Of a stretch of DNA of 64,000 bases, positions 56,361 through 64,000 are shown in pieces. Under the pieces are notes generated by a model that saw only the letters and a list, made by a program, of their open reading frames with translations, made no database searches and was not told the origin of the DNA. Position 1 is the first letter of the stretch; the number at the start of each line of letters is the position of its first letter. Made by a program: the position numbers and the translations under genes. The DNA lies in the NCBI GenBank assembly GCA_047495785.1, contig JBLDXI010000029.1, positions 3,658,001 to 3,722,000 on the forward strand, read 5' to 3'. Source of the DNA: Lepidodermella squamata (taxonomy: Eukaryota > Animalia > Gastrotricha).

Positions 56361-57130
56361 CCGTAACGTGTGGTGATTGTGGACACGGTAACTTTGGACA
56401 CTTTCGGCTTTGCAGGTGTTTAGCTTTTCAGGCTTGAACGTTTAAATCATGGGATATTTTGCATAAAATTCTCTGTCTCTTCAGCTTTCGTTTGAAATAA
56501 AAATCAAGACGATTGGAGCTGAAATCGGATTTCAGAAAAAGTTGCTAGCAGTTAGACTTTGGGTGCCGTTTTGGGACCCCCCTTCTATCTTTCTAAAAAT
56601 CGAACAGTTTTCAATAAAAATTGGCATGAGCATTCTCCTATATTTACTCTCCCTATAATCGAAGAAAAAATGACAATCCGTCGACGCGTTTTAGCAGGAC
56701 ATTTACCTGAAAAACAGGTGAAAAGTGGGGTAATTTTGGACACTTTTAGACGGGTTAAGTATGCGGCTGCGCAGAAACATATTTTTATTGAACTTCCGAG
56801 AAACAGATGATGCGCCATCTGTTCATAATTTTTTTCGAAATCTGACCCAAAGTTAAATGTAAAACCATGAATAACAGATAATTCACAATGAAATTGCAAT
56901 GAAATTGCATATGCAAATGAGTGTCCAAAACTACCCTCTAATTGTCCAAAGTTACCGGAACACATATTAATTAGCCTAAGGTCAGGTAAAATTCTAAAAA
57001 TTTCTAGAATTTGCAGTAAATTCAAGAATCACCGTCCCCACCTTTGGTAAAAATTTCAGAAATTTAGGAGCAAAGGCTGATTTTTAATGTTCGAAAAACA
57101 CGTTTTGTCCAAAGTTACCACTCGTTACGG
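56361..57130 (-). mobile_element. TA-flanked MITE, copy 2 (inverted)
   Basis: Reverse-complement similarity to 55424-56083; same termini. Confidence 0.75.
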
Positions 57131-57883
57131 TATATATAATTTTCAATTTTCGAACGGCAAAGAATTCATTTTATATGATTATTTGAGGTGTTATGGGGTG
57201 AATTATCTGCGTTTACGATTTATTCACCTGAGGCTGCGAATTTTCCAGCTGAATATAATACGACAAAGTGCAATTTACGAGTTAATTTCCAACTGAACTT
57301 TTACCTAATGCCCAACGGCGATTCCTGATGACGATGAGCCTGAAACGATTTATCGAAATATTTTTTTGGGAATTAAAAGACTTGAGAAATAGGATAGAAC
57401 ACGGTAGGCACGCTTTATTCAGGAATTCAATTTTCCATTGGCAGTGAAAAATGATTTGTACACGCAACAATATTATAATTATTGAAGGTAAAAAAATACG
57501 CGGGCCGGTTGAACAGAAACAATTTTCACCTAGCCATATTGCGCGCACATCTCTATCAGGAGAGTGAGCGCGCAATGACGCGACGAAAAAAGTCGAAAAA
57601 AAACACACGCACACATACACATACATTCATTTCCGCGCACCGAAACAACGACATAACCACCACTTTTTACCGCACCATCCGCATCTTCGCATCCACCTTT
57701 CGAAAATTATCAGGAGAAAAGTTTGAATGTGAGGTAAAATTTTTGAGTAGATTTCAAGTCAATATCACGCAAACAGCGCCTGTTGGCTCAAAGTCCTGTA
57801 TTAGAAACAGGCGCCGTTTGAAAAAATTAAGTTTCATTATTTGATTTGTGTCGATGAGTTCTTTATTGTAGTCTCTGGCTGAT

Positions 57884-60800
57884 TTACAGGAAGGCCGATG
57901 GCGTGAGGGCGCGGTCGCGCGGGGCAGCCGAGGCGGCGCGCGAGCGGTGCGTGGTGACGCGCACGGTGGTCGTGCGAAGGCGCACAAGCTGCTCGGCGGT
58001 GTCGGCGCGTTCGGCGCTCTCTTCAACCTCGGACTGAACCTTGCGGTAACGGGCCAAGTTGATGGCGGCCATTTCTTCGGCTTGTTCGACCTGGCGCTTA
58101 TAAACCTGAAAAATGATTAAAATAAATGATTTTATCATAATTAAATTAATCAATTAGTATTATCAATTTTTTAATTTTAATTTTAATTTTTTTAATCAAT
58201 TTGAAAAATTTATTTATCGACTAATTTTTGAACTGATCGACCAAATAATATTTAAAAATCAATAATAATGAAGAATTAAAATTAAAATTAAATTTTTCAA
58301 AAATTTCAATAATTAAATTTTGAATTTTTTTCAAATTCCAAAATTTCAATTTTTCGAATTTTCAAAAATGTCTATGCTTCACGTTCACGTACCTTCAGCT
58401 TGGTCTGAAGCTGGTGGACCGACTCCTGCAGATGGCGCTGCTGGGCGGCGTCCTCCTCAGCCTGGGCAATAACCTCCTTGAGGCGCTGTTCGGCACGGCG
58501 AGCGGCCTTGCCGGTCTCCTGGTGGGCGAGGCGTTCCGAGTCGAGCTCAGCCTCGACCTCGCGCACGCGCAGCTCCAAAAGAGCCACCTGGCGCTTGCCG
58601 CCCTTGTACGCGTTCGCCTCGGCCTCCTCAACGCGGGCCTGCAGGTCGCGCACCTGCGACTCGAGCGACTTGCGCAGGCGGTCGATCTCGTTGGCGTGCT
58701 CCTGCTCGGCGCGCAGCTCATCGGCCAGGCGCAGGGCGTCGGACTGCGAGCGCTTCGCCTTCTCGTCGGCAGCCTTCAGTTCGTTCAAGGCCTCGTCAAG
58801 GTCAACCTATCAGGAGGGAAAAACAGACATGATATGCCTGAATGAAGTATTTGTCCAAAACTAGGTCATTTTCAATTTTCAACAATATTAAGAGGAATAA
58901 CATGACGCGTGTCCGAAATTAGGTCATTTTTCATTTTTCAAAAATTTTGAGGAAGAAAAGACAAAAAGATGCTTTTTTCCGAAACTAGGTCATGTAGCAT
59001 CAAAATTATCAAGAAAAAGGCTAAATATGCGTGTGTCCGAAACTGGTTCATTTTCATTTTTGCTAGAACAATCGATTGTTCCAAGATGAAAAATGACCCA
59101 GTTCCGGACACACCAATTTTTATCAATATTCACCAATATTCAGTCAAATGCGTGATTATTGCGGGCGAAAATTGGCTTACCTGGATAAAAAATGTATGTG
59201 TCCGAAACTGGGTAATTTTTTAGTTTTTAACATGTTTCCATTAATATTCACAAAAAAACGTGACTTTTGCGGGGGCAATGGCTTACATTCAGAGCCTGGA
59301 TATCGGCCTCAGTCTTGCGGCGGTAGGCAGCCAGCTGGCTGTTCTGCGTCTGCAGTTCAGAAATGCGCGCATGGGATTCGCGCAGCTCCGACTCGGCCGA
59401 CTTGCGCACGCGCTCGGCCTGGTCGCGGGCGGCGCGCAGCTCTTCGAACTCGTGGTGCACGGTGGTGGTGCGGCGCTCGATGATGACAATCTGCTCGCGC
59501 AGCTCCTCGCGCTGGCGCGTCTCCTCCTCGACGCGTGTCTGCAGCTCGAGGATCTTCTGCTGGTAGCGCTTCGACGTCGTGTCGAGGTCGATGCGGGCGC
59601 GGTTCGCGCCGTCCAGCGCGGCTTCCAGCGTCAACACGTCGGCTTCCAACTTTTTGCGGCTCTTCAGCGCTTCGTTCTTAGCGCGCGACTCGGCCTCCAA
59701 GCTGACCTGAAATTATAGCAAAATATAACAAAAATGCAATAAATTTTGAAAAATATCTGGTAAAGCCAAATTAAGACCAAAAATATAATGTCCCAAAACT
59801 AGATTTTTCGTAATTAATTTTAATGAGTTTCTCTTCTACATTAAAATCTCATTTTTCATTAAGCCTTATCGATAGATAGGATTTTAAATAGTTAAAAAAA
59901 TTTCAAATATTTTCAAAATTTTCAAAATGTTTAGTTTTGAAATTTTGAAATATTTCAAAAAATATTCGAATCACATTTAACGAAATTTTGAAAATTTAAA
60001 TTTACTTTTTGAATTTTACAGATTAATTATTTGCATACCTGGAGGGATTCGATCATGCGCTGCAGGCTGCGGCGCGACACGTCCTCCTCTTCGTCCTTTT
60101 CGGAGAGGCGCTTCTCGAAGTCGGAGCGCATCTGGGCGATTTGCAGCTGGTAACGCTGCTGCTTCGAGCACTCGACAACAATGGCGGCCTCGGCCTCCTC
60201 GAGCGCGTGCTGCAGCTCGGCCTTTTCGACCTCGATGCGGCTGCGCAGCCGCTCAATCTCGTGAACAGACTTGCCACCGTCCGAAAGTTGATCTGTCAAC
60301 GCGCGAATCTCATCTGCATATTCGAAAAAAACACAAAAATAATTATAAAAAATCACAAATTATTAAAGATTAAGTAAGGGTAACTTGATTAATAAATTTC
60401 CAGAGAGAAAATTCATTTAAAAATTCGGCAAAAATTCGAGCAAATTCAATCCGGGTAAAATACCGAAAATTACCAAACCCGGGTGTTCGGGTTTTTTTCG
60501 GTAAATTTTGATATTTAACGAGAAAATGTGCCTCGATGGGGAAATATTCCTCAAATAAAAAGCAACCCATTAAATTTTTCAAAATTTTTATAAAAATGTA
60601 CGATTACTCAAATTGTTGACATTGAATCAAATCCGTTTCAGGAAAATTGGAAAATCTCAGGAATTTCAATTTCAAGCTTTTCCTATTTGCAACAAATTTC
60701 GGGGAAATATTCACTTCAATTTAGAACGGTTCTATTTTTCTTTTAAGGCAGAGCAAAAAGAAGTTTTGAAAATTATAAATGGAACATGGAACATATTTCG

Positions 60801-62061
60801 AGAGAACCGGGTCGAACCGGGTAAAATACCGAAAATGACTGAACCCGGGTTTTCGGGTTTTTTTCGGTAAATTTTGATTGTTTCGCGAGAAAATTCACCA
60901 ACTCGAGAAATCGTTGCCCAAATTATGGGATTTTATGACGCAACTCGATGGGATTCTTTAAACGGAAAGCAATCCTAAAAAAGTTTCAATTTTCAATTTT
61001 TTAATAATTTAAATTTAAAATTTAAAATCTTACATCTAAAAGCCACGCCAGCTTAAATTTTAAGAAATTTAATCAAATCCGTTTGAGAAAAGTTGAAAAT
61101 CTCAGAAATGTTAAGGCGGATCAAAAAAATGAATCTTACCCGAGAGATTCTTGTTCTCGCGGCGAAGTCCCTCCTGCACTTCCTGAGCCTCTTCGAGTTT
61201 TGCCTTGAGTTTGTACAACTCAGCCGAAAATGAGCGCGATTCACGGTGCGACTGTTCCAGTTCAATCTTCAAATGGTCGATCTTCGACTGGTACTCCTCC
61301 ACAATTTTGTTCATCTGCTTCGACCGCTTCTCCGTCGCGCTCGCCAGCGACTGCGCCCGTTCCGCTTCAACGGTCACGTTCTCCAACTCGGCCTGCAGCT
61401 TCGCCTTCTGCTTCTCAAAAATCGCCAGCTTGGACAGCGCCGATTCAATCGCCTCCTCAGCCTCGAGCAGCTTAGCCTGGAACTTGCGCTTCACCTCCTC
61501 GCTCGGTTCCCCTCCACTGAACTCGCCAGCCGCCGCGCGAGCCTTCAGCTGCTGCAGCTCCTGGTTCGCCTTAGCCAGCGACCGTTGCAGGGCCGCCTTG
61601 CCGTTGATCTCCTCCTCCAGCTGCTCACGGGCCTGGGCAACATCGGCCTGGAGAGCTCGCGATTCCGCCTGGAACTTGGTCCGAGCCCGCGACTCCTCCT
61701 CATGCGCGCGCTTCGCCCGGTCCAACTCGCCTGCCAGCTGCTGCTTAGCCTTGTTAAGCGCCGCGATTTGCTGAGCGGCTTCCTCCAACTGCCGCTGGGC
61801 GTCCGACGCCTCCTGGCTGGCGCGTTGGCGCTGGCTCTGCAGGTTGGCGGCGTTGATTTCGGCCTCTTCGAGGCGAGCGTGCAGGTCGCCGATTTGAGCC
61901 TCGGCGGCCTTGGCGTTCTTCTCGGCGTTGGCGCGAGCCTTCGAGATGGTCGAAACCTGAGCGGCTAGATCGTCGACCTGGGACTTGATCTGCTGCTTCT
62001 CCTTCTCGACCTGTTGACGTTTGCGGTTGGCCTGCTCCAGAGCCTCGGTCAGCTCGTTGAC
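57884..62061 (-). CDS. Myosin II heavy chain, C-terminal rod exons (5' part lies beyond the window)
   Basis: Coiled-coil heptads; [37 protein letters not shown]-like motifs fit MHC better than paramyosin; 5 exons with GT-AG introns. Confidence 0.85.
58850..59220. repeat. Intronic ~60-bp spaced repeats of GTCCGAAACTRGGTCATTTT (one inverted)
   Basis: About 6 copies seen. Confidence 0.7.
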
Positions 62062-62139
62062 CTTAAATAAAATTAAGAAATTTCATTGAAATTTTAAAAA
62101 ATATAAAAAAATAAATATTAGAAAAAATTCAAAATTAAG

Positions 62140-64000
62140 GACGAATAACTTCCGAATTACCCCCACTTGCGTATTTCCCACTTGCGTATTTTCTCACTTG
62201 CGTATCAAATTAATCTCACTTGCGTATTAGTTTTCTAAAAACTTGGTGAAACAGTGTTTTATTGAGAAATTTTTACGAGATTTTTAGCAGAAAAGTCAAC
62301 AGTGAAAATTGTGACCATGTGGTACCATGCTTATGAACATGCGCTCATCAGGTGGTACACGGTTCGTTGTTTCATGTTGTTTGCAGCAGCTCACTTCATT
62401 ACAATTTTACTTTGTAAATTGTAATTGTTATTTGCTCCTGAATGCTGCTGAAATGTATGATGCCCGGTTGCAAGTTCGCGTGCAACGATGCAAGAGGCTT
62501 GGCCAACCACCTCAGAATAAAGCACAAGCTGAATAAGATCGAAATCGATGAAATCAAGTCACAGCAGGTACTCAGGGCAATTCCTCCAATCGACGAAGCC
62601 TCTGGAAGCGATATTCTCGATTTCCTCCATGACGAGCGGAGTAGTGACGATGAACTTGAGTTTTCTCCGAAAAGTCAACTCATCCGCCAGCTGCAATCCA
62701 GAATTCAACAGCTTGAGTCAGCTGGACCCGAATCGCGGTCTCCATCTCCGCAAAGTTCCAGAGTCGAATCTCGGCAGTCAACGGCGTCGTCAGAGTCGAA
62801 ATTGAGCACCGTGAATTCGCTAATTTCATTGCCTGAAAACTTTCCTTCAACTGACCCTGGCTCGTACACAATTTTCAACGAAGGTTCAACGAAAGCGAAA
62901 GAGCTGCTCTGCTTTCAAGGAGACCATTTCCATCTTCGAACTCAGAACAAGAAGTCCTATTATGAATGCAAATACCAGCGAAAGCACAAGTGCCCCATAA
63001 AGGTGTACATTGACGATGACGGCACTCTTGATATCCGCGGCCTTCATGATCCAACGAAGTATTCGCACGCCAAATGGCATGCCGAAAAGCCGACATGCAA
63101 GGATTTTCATGCGGTTCAGGATCTCAAGAGTGAGATCAAAAAATTTGATAAGCCGGTGCCCGAGGTTTATCGAGAAGCGGAACTGGATGCCGCTGTCAAT
63201 AAGAAGAAACTTCCAGGTTATTACAGTGTCAAATCTGCGTTGTACAGAGCTAAAGATAAGAATTTTCCCAAAATGCCGAAATCAGCAAAGGCGTTGGTAA
63301 AAATTCTTCGATCCCCGAATCCAGATGAAATGATTCAAAAGTACAAATCTACCAAGAAAGGGAAAAGATTCTACCTGTCTTCGGTGGGAGATGGGGACGA
63401 TCGCGCAATTATGCGTCATCTAGAGCGTTGCGGCGGTTGAGGAAAGCTAAGAGGCACTTCATGGATGGAACGTTTGATGTAAGTAATTTTCATTCTTAAC
63501 CTATTGCAACAAATGTTTTATTCTAGGCATCACCCGATCATTTTTATCAGCTCTTCAGCATAAACACGATGCATCATGACGTTTTCGTCAGCGGCATCTA
63601 CGTCTTCATGACTAGAAAGACGGAATCTCTCTACTCGAAGGTCTTTAAACGCCTCGATCATCACGTTCATTTCAAAAACAAGGTTGCCACGTCAGACTTC
63701 GAAACAGGGCTGCTGCCGGTTCTCAGGCGTTTCTACAACCGATTAACGCTATGTTTTTTCCACTACACTCAGTGTATTTACAGGTAGGAGTTTTTAATTT
63801 ATTAATTTTTTTAAATTTTTTATTGTATTACTTTTTCGAATAACCTTCCGACAGATGGGTTCAAGCGAACAATGGCGCAACCCTGTGGGCTCGGAAAGGG
63901 CAGTTTTACCGATACATTCGACGCTTCATGGTGCTGCCTCTATTGAAAACTGAACAGATCGAAACAATCCTCGATCAGCTGTACGCTGACGCTCCACCGT
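62140..64000 (+). mobile_element. MULE/Phantom-like transposon (left part) inside a myosin intron; transposase with C2H2, FLYWCH-like and MULE domains, frameshift at ~63410
   Basis: Four CACTTGCGTAT subterminal repeats 62164-62227; ORF from 62442; FMDGTF, FYQLFSI, SDFE, CFFH motifs; left boundary approximate. Confidence 0.85.

Noticed and set aside
60449-60880. Two copies of a ~60-bp palindromic motif in a myosin intron
   Set aside because: Likely MITE debris; no boundaries or function supportable
58395-61968. Long antisense and alternative-frame ORFs over myosin exons (likewise over gag-pol/env)
   Set aside because: Shadow ORFs of GC-rich coding sequence

Overview
Eukaryotic invertebrate animal DNA with short AT-rich GT-AG introns and frequent TTTTCAG acceptors; the species cannot be determined from the sequence. 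Host genes are largely glycan/extracellular: three paralogous secreted LamG/ConA-like + EGF-repeat genes (one broken by a 5'-truncated LINE), an intronless GT15 mannosyltransferase-like gene, a GT6 (ABO-like) gene with altered catalytic motifs, two inverted paralogues encoding Cys-rich repeats + C-type-lectin-like domains, an RDH11/12-type SDR, an ankyrin protein with a signal-like N-terminus, and the 3' part of a myosin II heavy chain. About half the window is mobile DNA, and two elements stand out. (1) A 10.5 kb Mutator/NOF-FB-like DNA transposon (4101-14598; ~770 bp TIRs, 9 bp TSD). Its 10-exon gene fuses a DDE transposase (first Asp replaced by Asn) to a USP-like cysteine protease domain plus a second, apparently dead copy of that domain. 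(2) A tandem, very young env-bearing Ty3/Gypsy element (31709-49518). It has a tRNA-Leu PBS, a heat-shock element in the LTR, an AUG-less Gag extension, a class-I-fusogen-like Env with a Thr-rich insert, and a third ORF whose N-terminal half resembles the BH1-BH2 core of Bcl-2 proteins. Several MITEs, a nested foldback element and a second MULE complete the window. All family assignments are by-eye motif recognition; no searches were run.
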